From Abditibacterium sp. (GTDB taxonomy: Bacteria > Armatimonadota > Abditibacteriia > Abditibacteriales > Abditibacteriaceae), in contig CBDASK010000003.1 of the NCBI GenBank assembly GCA_965199495.1, forward strand, positions 4,288,001 through 4,352,000: a stretch of DNA of 64,000 bases, written 5' to 3'. Every line of letters starts with the position of its first letter. The stretch's first letter is position 1. The translations under genes were made by a program, and so were the position numbers. Positions 10,124 to 21,188 of the stretch are shown one piece after another. The notes beneath the pieces were generated by a model, which saw nothing but the letters and a program-made list of their open reading frames with translations, did no database searches and had not been told where the DNA came from.

Positions 10124-10193
10124 ATCGCGTCTTAGCGTGTAACTTTGTGGGCTTTGGTAACTCAAAATCTGCGCCGTTTTTACTAAAATCAAT

Positions 10194-12095
10194 ATGAATT
10201 CACTTTTCTCCATGCGCTTCGGGCGCGCCCTGCCGTTTTTGGCTTTTACTGCCGCCGCGACTTGCAGCCACGCCGCGCCCGCCGATTATTTTCGCATCAC
10301 TGTCGTTGACCAAGACACTGGGCGCGGCGTGCCGCTCGTCGAATTGAAAACGAGCAACGAAGTCAAATACTATACCGATAGCAACGGCATCGTGGCGATT
10401 GGCGATCCAGAATTTCTGGGACAAAAAGTTTTCTTTCAAATTAAAAGTGACGGCTACGAAGTGCCCAAAGATGGCTTTGGCTATCGAGGCCAGGCGCTCG
10501 ATGTGCGCGCCGGAAGTAACGCCGAAATCAAGATCAAACGCACGCAAATCGCGCAGCGTTTGTATCGCATTACCGGCGGCGGCATTTACGCCGATAGCGT
10601 TTTGACCGGCGCGCCGGTGCCGATTAAACAGCCGGTTATCAACGGTTTGGTGACAGGCCAAGACACAGTTGAGGCGGTGCCATATAATGGCAAACTTTTC
10701 TGGTTGTGGGGCGATACCAATCGGCTGGCGTATCCGCTGGGCAACTTCAAAACTTCGAGCGCGACTTCGGCTTTGCCCGCGCAGGGCGGACTTGATCCCG
10801 ATAAAGGCGTGAATTTGGACTATTTCGTGGACAAGGAAGGTTTCAGCAAACAGATGATTCCCCTCGAAAGCAGCGTGCCAGTTTGGATGGGCGGTCTGTT
10901 CACCATGCCCGACGACACCGGGCGCGAGCGGTTGTATGGCTCGTATGTCAAAGCCGAGAGCGACTCGAAGTTTGGCGAGCGCGGGTTGGCGGTTTTCAAC
11001 GACGACAAGCAGATTTTTGAAGTCGCGCGCCAATTCGATTCGGTTTTGCAACCCGGCGGCGACCCGACGCGCGTGAAATCGGGCGGGCAGACGTGGCTCT
11101 ATTTCGATCCGTTCGAGCGCACGCTCGCCGATTACGCACACATCACCGATAGTCACCAATATCAAGCTTTTACGCCTTTGATGAAAGGCGCCAAATTCGA
11201 TGGCGCGCAAACGAAGTTGGAGCGAGACGGGCAGGATAATCTGGTTTATGGTTGGAAAACCGATACCGCGAAATTGGACAACGGCCAAATCGGCGATCTG
11301 GTGAAAGCGAATTTGATGAAAGCCGACGAAGCCGCGATTCAAATGCGCGATGTCGAAACCGATGCGCCGGTTATCACGCACGGAAGTTCGACCTATTGGA
11401 ATGCGTATCGCGGGCGTTGGGTGCAAATTTTTACGCAAAACTTCGGCACTTCAACGTTGGGCGAACTGTGGATGGCCGAAGCCGACACGCCGACCGGCCC
11501 GTGGCTGTATGCGCGCAAAGTGTTGACGCACGACAAATATACCTTTTACAATCCGACGCAACACCCGTTTTTCGCCAAAGATAACGGGCGCCAGATTTAC
11601 TTCGAGGGCACCTATACCACGACTTATTCGGGCAACGACAATCCGACGCCGCGCTACAATTACAACCAAATCATGTATCGTTTGGATTTGGACGATCCGC
11701 GTTTAGATTTGCCGGTGCCGGTTTACCAAGGCCAAAACGGCGCGCTGAGTTTGCGCAGTGCGGCGGCTTTGAAATCCGCGCAAAGCATCCCCTTTTTCGC
11801 CCTGCCGCCAACAGCGAAATCGTCGAATTTAGTGCCGATTTATGCCATCGGAAAACGGTTGCAAAGTGGCGCCGTTGCCAACCAAAAGCCGCTATTTTAC
11901 GCGGCAAACACGGAGGCCAAGTCATCGGCAATCGTTTCGCTTTACGAATGGAGCGATGGCAAAAATTATTCGTATTCGACCGACGCCGACGCGAAAATCG
12001 CCGGATTGACGCGCGCGCCCGAACCGATTTGTCGCGTGTGGCGCAATCCGTCGCGCGTGATGACATTGGATGCCGACGCCGTGGCTGTGAACTGA
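10194..12095 (+). CDS. secreted hypothetical protein, probable beta-propeller
   Basis: Signal peptide; FWLWGDT motif; 633 aa. Confidence 0.7.
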   Translation: MNSLFSMRFGRALPFLAFTAAATCSHAAPADYFRITVVDQDTGRGVPLVELKTSNEVKYYTDSNGIVAIGDPEFLGQKVFFQIKSDGYEVPKDGFGYRGQALDVRAGSNAEIKIKRTQIAQRLYRITGGGIYADSVLTGAPVPIKQPVINGLVTGQDTVEAVPYNGKLFWLWGDTNRLAYPLGNFKTSSATSALPAQGGLDPDKGVNLDYFVDKEGFSKQMIPLESSVPVWMGGLFTMPDDTGRERLYGSYVKAESDSKFGERGLAVFNDDKQIFEVARQFDSVLQPGGDPTRVKSGGQTWLYFDPFERTLADYAHITDSHQYQAFTPLMKGAKFDGAQTKLERDGQDNLVYGWKTDTAKLDNGQIGDLVKANLMKADEAAIQMRDVETDAPVITHGSSTYWNAYRGRWVQIFTQNFGTSTLGELWMAEADTPTGPWLYARKVLTHDKYTFYNPTQHPFFAKDNGRQIYFEGTYTTTYSGNDNPTPRYNYNQIMYRLDLDDPRLDLPVPVYQGQNGALSLRSAAALKSAQSIPFFALPPTAKSSNLVPIYAIGKRLQSGAVANQKPLFYAANTEAKSSAIVSLYEWSDGKNYSYSTDADAKIAGLTRAPEPICRVWRNPSRVMTLDADAVAVN

Positions 12096-12155
12096 TTCGT
12101 TTCAAAATGATCGATCACTCGGAAATAGACGATTCACATTTAAGCTTGCCTAAGT

Positions 12156-12298
12156 AACCCGATTTGTTACTGCTCCACGATTGTCATGGGTGCGAAGAGA
12201 GGCACGAACGAAGTCAAGGCGCAACCTGTGGATTCTTCGACTTCGTTCGTGCCTCTCTTCGCACCCATGACAATCGTGGAGCAGTAACAAATCGGGTT
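12156..12298. repeat. perfect 60-bp inverted repeat (REP/MITE-like palindrome)
   Basis: 12156-12215 is the exact reverse complement of 12239-12298. Confidence 0.9.
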
Positions 12299-12347
12299 GA
12301 AATAGCAGGAACAAAAATCAGTTTAATCTGTGTCGTAAAGAGCCACT

Positions 12348-13226
12348 ATGAAAATTCATTATCTACTCCCGATGTGCGGACTATGCGCAATATTATTGTC
12401 GGGTTGTGGCGCGCACTCAGATTTCGCTCCAGCAACTTCGGAATCGGATGTTTCTGCCTCCGCCGCATCTGGAGCGGCAGAAGCGCCCGCCGCCGCGCAA
12501 AAGGGCAAAGGCGCGCCCGGTTCAGTTGGCGCGAGCGGGCAAGCGGTCGCGCCAACGCAACGCAAAATTATTTATACCGCGACCGTTGATTTGGTCGTGG
12601 AAAATCTGACGCAGGGCCAAACCAAACTACTGAATTTGGTGAAAGCCAACAAAGGTTATGTCGCCGAAACTAACGTCGGCGGCGCGAGCGGTGAGCAACG
12701 CACCGGAAAATGGAAAGTGCGTGTGCCCGTCGAGAATTACGAGGCGTTCATGACGGGCGCGGCGCGTTTGGGCGAATTGCAAAGCAGCAATTCATCGTCG
12801 CAGGACGTGACGGCGGAGTATTACGATGTGGCGGCTCGCATCAAAAATAAGCAGGTCGAAGAAGCGCGTTTGCAGGAGTTGCTCAAGCGAGCCACCGGCA
12901 AGCTGAGCGAAATTTTGCAGGTCGAAAAAGAGCTTTCGCGCGTGCGCGGTGAAGTCGAGCAGTTGCAGGGCCGCATTCGCGTGTTGGCCAGTCTTTCGTC
13001 GCTGACGACGATCACGATTTCGATGCGCGAAATCAAAGACTATATCCCGCCCGCTCCGCCGACATTTGGAACCGAAATCGGGCGTCAATTCAACGGCTCA
13101 TTGAGCGTAATGCGCGCGGCGGGCAAAGGTCTGGTTCTGCTGGGCGCCGCGCTGTTGCCGTGGCTGCCATTCGCCCTGGTCGGATTTTTCGGCTGGCGGT
13201 TTTGGCGGCGCAAAAACAAAATTTAA
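12348..13226 (+). CDS. DUF4349-like lipoprotein
   Basis: Lipobox LSGC, RKIIYTA, QDVTAEYYD, coiled coil, C-terminal TM. Confidence 0.8.
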   Translation: MKIHYLLPMCGLCAILLSGCGAHSDFAPATSESDVSASAASGAAEAPAAAQKGKGAPGSVGASGQAVAPTQRKIIYTATVDLVVENLTQGQTKLLNLVKANKGYVAETNVGGASGEQRTGKWKVRVPVENYEAFMTGAARLGELQSSNSSSQDVTAEYYDVAARIKNKQVEEARLQELLKRATGKLSEILQVEKELSRVRGEVEQLQGRIRVLASLSSLTTITISMREIKDYIPPAPPTFGTEIGRQFNGSLSVMRAAGKGLVLLGAALLPWLPFALVGFFGWRFWRRKNKI

Positions 13227-13252
13227 TGGGCTACTTGAGTATGGAATTTTGA

Positions 13253-13314
13253 AGCGGTCAAAAGTGCGATTGGAAGGGTGCGCAAGCCCCGCTCCAATCG
13301 CACTTTTGACCGCT
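13253..13314. repeat. 22-bp inverted repeat
   Basis: AGCGGTCAAAAGTGCGATTGGA ... TCCAATCGCACTTTTGACCGCT. Confidence 0.8.
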
Positions 13315-13373
13315 AATTCTTTTCCTGCCTCGTGTTCGCTGCGTGACAAATTGAATAGATTCTCGCGCTTGAT

Positions 13374-13402
13374 TTGACGCTTGCGGCGAATCGTGGTAAA
13401 AT
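13374..13402 (+). promoter_or_regulatory. sigma70 promoter of rplU-rpmA
   Basis: TTGACG-N17-TAAAAT with extended TG. Confidence 0.7.
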
Positions 13403-13456
13403 TGCTCAGGCTTTTCCACCAGAGATTCACGAGAAAAAGAGAAGAGACAAAAAATT

Positions 13457-13819
13457 ATGTTCGCAATTATCCGCGTTGGCGGCAAACAGTATCGCGTCGA
13501 GAACGGCACCCAGATTTTGGTTGATCGCCTCCACGTCGAACCCGGCGACGCCGTTGAAGGCGTCGAAGTGTTGATGGTCGTTGATGGAGACGACACCCAA
13601 ATCGGCGCGCCCATCGTCGAAGGCGTCGCCGTTGGCGCGACCGCCGTTCGTCATCATCTGGGCAAAAAGATTCGCGTGTTCAAATACAAGGCGAAGAAAA
13701 ACTATCGCCGCCGCATCGGCTCGCGCCCGCACCAGACCTTAATCCGCATCGATTCCATCGGCGGCAACTCGACCAAACAAACCGCACAGGCTCCGCAAAC
13801 CGAAGCCGTGGCTGCGTAA
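13457..13819 (+). CDS. rplU: 50S ribosomal protein L21
   Basis: MFAIIRVGGKQYRV...VFKYKAKKNYRRRIG. Confidence 0.97.
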   Translation: MFAIIRVGGKQYRVENGTQILVDRLHVEPGDAVEGVEVLMVVDGDDTQIGAPIVEGVAVGATAVRHHLGKKIRVFKYKAKKNYRRRIGSRPHQTLIRIDSIGGNSTKQTAQAPQTEAVAA

Positions 13820-13840
13820 AAGCACAGAGGAAATTACACA

Positions 13841-14131
13841 ATGGCACACAAAAAAGGAATGGGTTCATCGCGCAACGGTCGCGATTCCAACGCCCAACGA
13901 CTGGGCATCAAGCGTTTTGGCGGCGAGAAAGTCACCGCCGGTTCGATTTTAGTTCGTCAGCGCGGCAGTCGCTACCACGCGGGCGCGGGCGTCGCGATGG
14001 GCAAAGATGACACTTTGTTCGCGATGATCCCCGGCGTCGTCAAATTCGAGCCGTGCCCGCGCGCGCACTCGACCGGCAAAAAAATCTCGGTCTACGCCGT
14101 CGAAACAGCCACCGCCGTCGCCGCCGAATAA
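13841..14131 (+). CDS. rpmA: 50S ribosomal protein L27
   Basis: [16 protein letters not shown]...ILVRQRG. Confidence 0.98.
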   Translation: MAHKKGMGSSRNGRDSNAQRLGIKRFGGEKVTAGSILVRQRGSRYHAGAGVAMGKDDTLFAMIPGVVKFEPCPRAHSTGKKISVYAVETATAVAAE

Positions 14132-14147
14132 TTTTCGGTCGCAAATA

Positions 14148-14180
14148 AAAAAGCCCTCGCAATTGCGAGGGCTTTTTTGT
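14148..14180 (+). terminator. intrinsic terminator after rpmA
   Basis: AAAAAGCCCTCGC-AATT-GCGAGGGCTTTTTT. Confidence 0.85.
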
Positions 14181-14191
14181 TGGTGAGACGC

Positions 14192-14281
14192 GCGTTACAG
14201 CGGGGCTGACGCCTCCTTCCAATCGGCGATCTTTCGTTGTCTCATACCGATTGGAAGGAGGCGTCAGCCCCGCTGTAACGC
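14192..14281. repeat. 35-bp inverted repeat (REP-like doublet)
   Basis: GCGTTACAGCGGGGCTGACGCCTCCTTCCAATCGG and its reverse complement. Confidence 0.85.
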
Positions 14282-14348
14282 CTTTACTAAAGGAATATAA
14301 AAGCGGGCCAGTGCATTTTGCACTGGCCCGCTTTGGTTATCGAACCGA

Positions 14349-14651
14349 CTATTTCTTGGCCGGAGCCATTTTCGTCATCGTCGTAGTTTTGCTGGTCGCT
14401 TTGGGCGCCATTTTCATCTTCGATTTGCTCGCCATTTTGGTGGCGGGTTTGGCCGTTTTCTTCATCGCCATTTTGGAAGACGATTTGGAGGTCTTCATGG
14501 TCATTTTGCTGGCGGGTTTGGCCGTCTTTTTCGCCGCCATTTTGGTGGTGGTTTTGGCCATCGGTTTGGCCGTTGTGACGGGAGCGGCCAGCGCGACGCC
14601 GCCAAAAGCAAGGGCGCTACCGAGCGCCAAAACACGAGTGAGTTTGTTCAT
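14349..14651 (-). CDS. secreted Lys/Met/Ala-rich low-complexity protein
   Basis: Signal peptide MNKLTRVLALGSALAFGGVALA followed by KMA/KTAKPA repeats; AAGGA upstream. Confidence 0.7.
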   Translation of the reverse strand: MNKLTRVLALGSALAFGGVALAAPVTTAKPMAKTTTKMAAKKTAKPASKMTMKTSKSSSKMAMKKTAKPATKMASKSKMKMAPKATSKTTTMTKMAPAKK

Positions 14652-14910
14652 TGGAAATCCTTTTTTGTGCGGTTCGCTTTCGCGTGGCCGACCTAAAAAA
14701 TTATACGCGATTCCCATCGGCTAAAAACGATTTGTGAGCGAAGTCTTAACTATATTTATTGCGTTGGGTTAAGGTTGGTTAGAAAACACTTAGCATAAAG
14801 AAAGTTTGTGCCCATAATGTCGAATAGGCTGTGGGTTTAACATTTCACAGATGTTTGTAAGCCTATTGCATTAGGAGGCGGCGCAGCTATGAATTTTCAA
14901 AGAAGAAAAC

Positions 14911-15061
14911 TATCAGGGCGCGCGAGTTTGCGAAGCGTTAATGCGCGCTCTGCCAGTGAGCTATGAGCCAATGAAAATTTCGGCCCGGCGGGAATCGAAC
15001 CCGCTACCACGTCCTCCACAGGAAATGTAGGCTTCGCACGTTGGGACGCGGCATGTTGATA
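14911..15061 (-). ncRNA. YrlA/Y-RNA-like permuted tRNA-like RNA, copy 7
   Basis: T arm GCGGG-TTCGATT-CCCGC, loop-closed acceptor-like stem, TA, D arm GCTC-ACTGGCA-GAGC; shared CCCAA and AAGCCTACA motifs. Confidence 0.8.
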
Positions 15062-15078
15062 AAATTAAATTCTCAAAA

Positions 15079-15222
15079 ATTCACGGCGCGCGAGTTTCAA
15101 AAGCTATGATACGCGCTCTCCCAAACTGAGCTACAACCGATTTCTCGGTTGACAGGATTTGAACCTGCGACCTCGTCCGTAGCAAGGAATGTAGGCTTTT
15201 GCGGTTGGGGCGCGCCGTGAAT
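15079..15222 (-). ncRNA. YrlA/Y-RNA-like RNA, copy 6
   Basis: Terminal stem TCACGGCGCG/CGCGCCGTGA; GCAGG-TTCAAAT-CCTGT; CAACCGA-GAAA-TCGGTTG; TAGCTCAGTTTGGGAGAGC. Confidence 0.85.
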
Positions 15223-15237
15223 ATGAAGTTAGTAACA

Positions 15238-15381
15238 GTTGTGCCGCGCGAGTCAGACAAGCATTTGGGAATCGTTATCTGGAGGGCGTTTTACCCCGAC
15301 TTCTCGCGAAGATGGCGGATTCTCACCGCCACAACCAGATGCGTGGGATTGTAGGCTTGCGCGGTTGGGACGCGGCACAAC
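15238..15381 (-). ncRNA. YrlA/Y-RNA-like RNA, copy 5 (degenerate tRNA module)
   Basis: Terminal stem GTTGTGCCGCG; GGCGG-TGAGAAT-CCGCC; CTTC-GCGA-GAAG; conserved AAGCCTACAATC. Confidence 0.72.
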
Positions 15382-15402
15382 AAGACAAATTGGAGCAAAA
15401 AA

Positions 15403-15550
15403 TCACGGCGCGCAAGTTTGAAAAGCTTTGATGCGCGCTCTATCCAAGCTGAGCTACGGGCCGGTAGAAAAAATCGGCCCGACAGGATTCGAACCTGTGA
15501 CCTCGTCCTCCGTAGGGAATGTAGGCTTTTGCCGTTGGGGCGCGCCGTGA
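15403..15550 (-). ncRNA. YrlA/Y-RNA-like RNA, copy 4
   Basis: ACAGG-TTCGAAT-CCTGT, CGGGCCG...CGGCCCG, TAGCTCAGCTTGGATAGAGC. Confidence 0.85.
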
Positions 15551-15579
15551 GTTATTCGGTTGTCAAAAGAAATTTATGC

Positions 15580-15722
15580 AGCCACGGCGCACGAGTCTGC
15601 AAAGCTGAAATACGCGTTCTACCTTTAAACTACGAGCCGATTTCTCGGTTCGGCGGGAATCGAACCCGCATCACGTCTGTGACAGGGAATGTAGGCTTTG
15701 TCGGTTAGGGCGCGCCGTGGCT
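15580..15722 (-). ncRNA. YrlA/Y-RNA-like RNA, copy 3
   Basis: GCGGG-TTCGATT-CCCGC, CGAACCGA-GAAA-TCGGCTCG, TAGTTTAAAGGTAGAAC. Confidence 0.83.
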
Positions 15723-15740
15723 ATGAAATTGGGAAAGGGT

Positions 15741-15882
15741 TTTGCCGCGCGAGTTGAATCAAGCGTTGAATTTTAATCAGGCGCTCTGGCGCTGAGCTAA
15801 TCTCTCGCGAGATGAAGCGAGTTGAACGCTCCGACCTCCTGATCCCGTAGATTGTAGGCTTGAAGAATTGGGGCGCGGCAAA
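15741..15882 (-). ncRNA. YrlA/Y-RNA-like RNA, copy 2
   Basis: GAGCG-TTCAACT-CGCTT, ATCTC-GCGA-GAGAT, TAGCTCAGCGCCAGAGC. Confidence 0.8.
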
Positions 15883-15892
15883 GAAAAAGACG

Positions 15893-16037
15893 TGTCCTTC
15901 GCACAAGTTATGCAAGCGTTTGGTTAATCGCTCCCTGCTCTACCACTGAGCTACTTTCTTGCGAAAGATCGGAATTGAACCGATGACCTTGGAATTAAAA
16001 TGGATTGTAGGCTTGCACCGTTGGGGCGCGTCAGACA
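15893..16037 (-). ncRNA. YrlA/Y-RNA-like RNA, copy 1
   Basis: ATCGG-TTCAATT-CCGAT, CTTTC-GCAA-GAAAG, TAGCTCAGTGGTAGAGC; starts about 20 nt after the ThiF stop. Confidence 0.8.
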
Positions 16038-16059
16038 ATTAAATTCTACCTTAATTGAA

Positions 16060-16722
16060 TTACTGCGTCAAGGTCATTTCGTCGAAATTTTCCGCATTAA
16101 TTTTCAAATCGCCCAACGTGACCGACCAATCGCGCTTTTGCTGCGTCCATAACCAGCGCATTAATGATTCGCTGCCGATGGCGACGACGAGCAACAACAA
16201 ATTGCGAGCGAGCGGGTAATCGCAGGCGCCGACACCAGCCACGTCGGCGGGCACGAGATAATTTTCGTTCCATTTGACTTCGCCATAATCGGTGTTGACG
16301 CCCAAATGTAAGCATGCCACATCGTGTTCGCGGCAATAATTGGTCAACAATTCGCGTCCGGCGGAGTTATCGAGACAATCCACGATGACATCGGCGCCGC
16401 GCAAAAGTTTGGCGATAGATTTCTCGTCGAGCGTCTTGTTACAACATTCGATTTCGGCGCCAGTCGCGCGAAAGACGCGCGCGGCGACGGCTTCGGCTTT
16501 GGGCGCGCCGATTTCTGCGCGGTCGAAGACCTGCGTGCCGATGTTGTGTTCTTCAACTCGGTCGCAGTCAATGACGCGCAAATTGTCCGCGCCGTGACGC
16601 GCCAAGTTGTCGGCGAGTTGCGAACCCAGCGCGCCAACACCGCAAATAATGATGCGCGCCGCGCCCAAAGTTTCGATGGCGCCCGCGCCGCGATAAAGCG
16701 ATTCGTGAAGTGTGAAGGACAT
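16060..16722 (-). CDS. ThiF/E1-like adenylyltransferase (minimal)
   Basis: GVGALGS, IDCDRVEEHNIGTQ, IVDCLDN; no CxxC zinc pairs; Cys in GACDYPLARN. Confidence 0.9.
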   Translation of the reverse strand: MSFTLHESLYRGAGAIETLGAARIIICGVGALGSQLADNLARHGADNLRVIDCDRVEEHNIGTQVFDRAEIGAPKAEAVAARVFRATGAEIECCNKTLDEKSIAKLLRGADVIVDCLDNSAGRELLTNYCREHDVACLHLGVNTDYGEVKWNENYLVPADVAGVGACDYPLARNLLLLVVAIGSESLMRWLWTQQKRDWSVTLGDLKINAENFDEMTLTQ

Positions 16723-16738
16723 AATAAATTCTCGTTTT

Positions 16739-16856
16739 TTAGCCACAGAGTTCACAGAGGGGCACAGAGAGAACGAAGACAAGTCAGAACAAAAAATCTT
16801 TTCTTTTTTTCAATTTCTTCGTTCTCTCTGTGCCCCTCTGTGAACTCTGTGGCTAA
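16739..16856. repeat. about 40-bp inverted repeat (CACAGAG-type palindrome)
   Basis: TTAGCCACAGAGTTCACAGAGGGGCACAGAGAGAACGAAGA and its reverse complement. Confidence 0.88.
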
Positions 16857-16857
16857 T

Positions 16858-17763
16858 TCAATAATCGTAATCATCAAATTGCCACGGCTGTTCGCTCGCC
16901 GCTTCCTGCATCACGCCGACCAGCGAAGTCAAATCGAAATCGCGGTCTTGCCCCGATAGACAAATGCCCGATGTCATTACCGATAAATCGTCGGCGCGCA
17001 CGGTTGAAGTGTGCGTTCGCTCGCCGAATTGATAGGTCACGGTGTAAGCGTCGCCCCGATCCATCCACGAAATCAAGCGTCCGCCCGCGTGATTTAACGA
17101 TTGCGCCAAACGTCCATCGAGCGTATTGGGATTGAACCAAAGCGGGTTCACCGGCGCCGTGGCTGCATTGAACGCCCCGGTCGGTTCCGCTTCGGGCGGC
17201 CCGTAAAGTGCGAGAGCGTAAGCCGCGCGTTCTTCGGCGCTCAGACCTTTTTTGTGCAACGCGTCGGGCGCAATCGGCTCGGCCAAACTCGTTCGCAGAT
17301 ATTCGGCAATCGCCGGGCTACGGCGTGCATCGAGTTTCTCGAACCAAAAATGCGTGCCGTCGAAACGCGCGATAATCGTCTCGAACATCTGCACATTCGC
17401 GCTTTCGGCCCTACGAATCGGCGCGACGCCATTCAAGCGAAAGCGCGCGTCGCCCGCGTGCGCTGCGATGCCCAGCCAAATTTCGCTTTGCCGTTCGAGC
17501 GCGATGAAGCGGACGGCGGGCAAAAGCGCCAAATATTTTTCGCGTTCGATAAGCGACGCCGCACGCAACCATTTCGCGCGTTGCGTTGATTCGACTTCCA
17601 ACACGCTCCAGCCGCGTTCGTTGGAATTAACCGCGAGTTGACACGCGACGCCGCCGACTTTGACGGTGACGCGGCGCCCACCGACAATCGGCGCCAAAAC
17701 GCGCGTGCCGACGAGCGCGGTTTCCTGCGCTTGCAAGCGGTCGAAAATGCTGGCGAGTGACAT
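16858..17763 (-). CDS. hypothetical protein with C-terminal GICL motif (possible E2-like)
   Basis: 301 aa with host-like codon style; C-terminal SGICLSGQDRDFDLTSLVGV. Confidence 0.7.
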   Translation of the reverse strand: MSLASIFDRLQAQETALVGTRVLAPIVGGRRVTVKVGGVACQLAVNSNERGWSVLEVESTQRAKWLRAASLIEREKYLALLPAVRFIALERQSEIWLGIAAHAGDARFRLNGVAPIRRAESANVQMFETIIARFDGTHFWFEKLDARRSPAIAEYLRTSLAEPIAPDALHKKGLSAEERAAYALALYGPPEAEPTGAFNAATAPVNPLWFNPNTLDGRLAQSLNHAGGRLISWMDRGDAYTVTYQFGERTHTSTVRADDLSVMTSGICLSGQDRDFDLTSLVGVMQEAASEQPWQFDDYDY

Positions 17764-17802
17764 GATTGTTTCCGTCGTGACGCAGACTTGTCGCGTCTAA
17801 AG

Positions 17803-18702
17803 TTAGTCAAGGCGACCTTTCAGATAACCCAACCATTCCAGCTTTGCTTTCTCCTTCTTAAACCGAGCGATGCGCCAAGCCAACGAAAAAGGATTCGATC
17901 TCTCGAAGACCTCGCGCAAATAGGTGTAGAAAAACTCATCGCACTTGATGCAGTCCATCGCGGACAATTGACTCTTCCACTTAATATTCGCGACTCTGGC
18001 AATTTGCGCGCGGCGCTTCAAATGAAATTCCAACATTTGATCGGGCGAAGCCTCGATCATCAATGTTTTCAAATAACGCGGATGACGAGCTAACTTTCTT
18101 TGCAGGTGTTCCTTTTCTCTGCTATTTCTATAGGCTGTTTCATACCTCGTTACCTCCGTCGCATCCTCGGTCAGAGAAACCAAACTCGTGCTTATCGCAA
18201 TCCGAACGATCTTCCTATTTTTCGTGTTTCTCTTCACGTTAAACGAAATCTTGCCAATACACCCATGAATGGGATGCACGAAAGTTCGCGTGCAAATGAG
18301 CGCATAAAAAGGAGTAAAAGCGACAGAAGGTGGGGCCAAGGGATCCGCAATAGGCGGATGTTCCCAACCGCTGGCGCGTTGCGCGAGATTAGACGGATAC
18401 AAGCCGTAATCTCCAGACCTTTGAAATCCCAGCTCTTCCATTTCGCGCGAACGCTCTTCCAAACGCGCTTTGATTGCCTCGTTTTCATCCCAATTACAAG
18501 GGCTACACATTACTTTGGAATTTCTCTGTTGTTGAATCATTTCGTTCAACAGCGTGAGATGCTTAGCGTGTGGTTTCCCCACCCGATAAATCAGGTGTCC
18601 TCCGTAGGCACACCAGGCTGCGAACGCGACAGGGAAGAAAGGGACATAAAACATCGAAATAAATGGGGCGGGAAACGAATTATTTAGCGAGACCGTTGAC
18701 AA
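17803..18702 (-). CDS. hypothetical membrane-anchored protein, lower GC than neighbours
   Basis: N-terminal hydrophobic stretch; start uncertain. Confidence 0.6.
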   Translation of the reverse strand: MSTVSLNNSFPAPFISMFYVPFFPVAFAAWCAYGGHLIYRVGKPHAKHLTLLNEMIQQQRNSKVMCSPCNWDENEAIKARLEERSREMEELGFQRSGDYGLYPSNLAQRASGWEHPPIADPLAPPSVAFTPFYALICTRTFVHPIHGCIGKISFNVKRNTKNRKIVRIAISTSLVSLTEDATEVTRYETAYRNSREKEHLQRKLARHPRYLKTLMIEASPDQMLEFHLKRRAQIARVANIKWKSQLSAMDCIKCDEFFYTYLREVFERSNPFSLAWRIARFKKEKAKLEWLGYLKGRLD

Positions 18703-18744
18703 ATCGTCATCGCTCCCTCAAATTTTCTTTTTCCGCCCCATCTT

Positions 18745-20409
<1,665 letters not shown>

Positions 20410-20739
20410 TCAAATTTAGCGATTGCGCATGGATTGCTGGCCCGTCATAATTGCGTCGTGAGACGCGCACTTCAACGTAAAGGGCGCCTCCCACGACGCA
20501 ACTACGGCGGGCGCAACTGCGCAAATCCAAACATGAAACGGCTCTTACTTTTCAAACGCGATAAATCGACGTCCTTACGTCGGCAACTGCGCTAATTCAG
20601 GCCGCTGAGAAAACGGCGTGACGGCAGAGCCGTGGAGAAACAGAGAAAACGAAGTGAGAGGCGAGATGACGGGTCTCCGACCCTGAAACTCGGCCTCCGG
20701 TAATTGTCCTCTCTAACTCTCCACGACTCTGCGGTCACC

Positions 20740-20922
20740 CGCCGTGGCTGCTGTTGTCACTGGCTTGTTGAGTAATTGTTTGCAACTTTGTAGAGACACC
20801 GACTTGTCGTGTCTAAAGCGTTGGATTTGCCTAAATCTTGAAGCAAGTTCGACTTTTTTAGACACGACAAGTCGGTGTCTCTACAATTACTCAACAAGCC
20901 AGTGACAACAGCAGCCACGGCG
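20740..20922. repeat. nested inverted repeat containing a GTAG-type REP doublet
   Basis: Outer arms of about 38 bp (CGCCGTGGCTGCTG...) enclose GTAGAGACACCGACTTGTCGTGTCTA and its reverse complement. Confidence 0.85.
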
Positions 20923-20928
20923 AGTTAA

Positions 20929-21159
20929 TTAGCCGAAAACGGCTTGCGGGCGCACGGTGAAGTTGCCGTTTTCGTGGCGCTCGACGACGTGAAAGTTGAG
21001 TTGCGCGACCGGCACTTCCAGGAAGTGCGCGACGGCTTCTTTAATCGCGAAGTTATCGGCGTTGGCGGGCAAACGCAATTGGGCGATGCTCAGCCGGTGC
21101 GAGTGGCCGCCGTAACGAACGTGAACTGCGGGCGTGAGCGCCGAAAGTGTGTGTGTCAT
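20929..21159 (-). CDS. small protein, candidate ubiquitin-like (beta-grasp) modifier
   Basis: 76 aa, AAGGAG SD, strand-strand-helix-strand pattern, ends ...VRPQAVFG. Confidence 0.7.
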   Translation of the reverse strand: MTHTLSALTPAVHVRYGGHSHRLSIAQLRLPANADNFAIKEAVAHFLEVPVAQLNFHVVERHENGNFTVRPQAVFG

Positions 21160-21188
21160 AATGGTTTTTCTCCTCCTTGTGAGGAGTA

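Noticed and set aside
15239..15915. Short ORFs over the RNA array (15239, 15418, 15721)
   Set aside because: No SD or protein motifs; the sequence is explained by RNA structure
14911..16037. CRISPR array
   Set aside because: Units are 142-151 nt with degenerate structured repeats and tRNA-like interiors; no identical 25-45 nt repeats and no cas genes
14911..16037. Ordinary tRNA gene cluster
   Set aside because: T arm precedes D arm, acceptor stems are loop-closed, and there is no anticodon loop or CCA end
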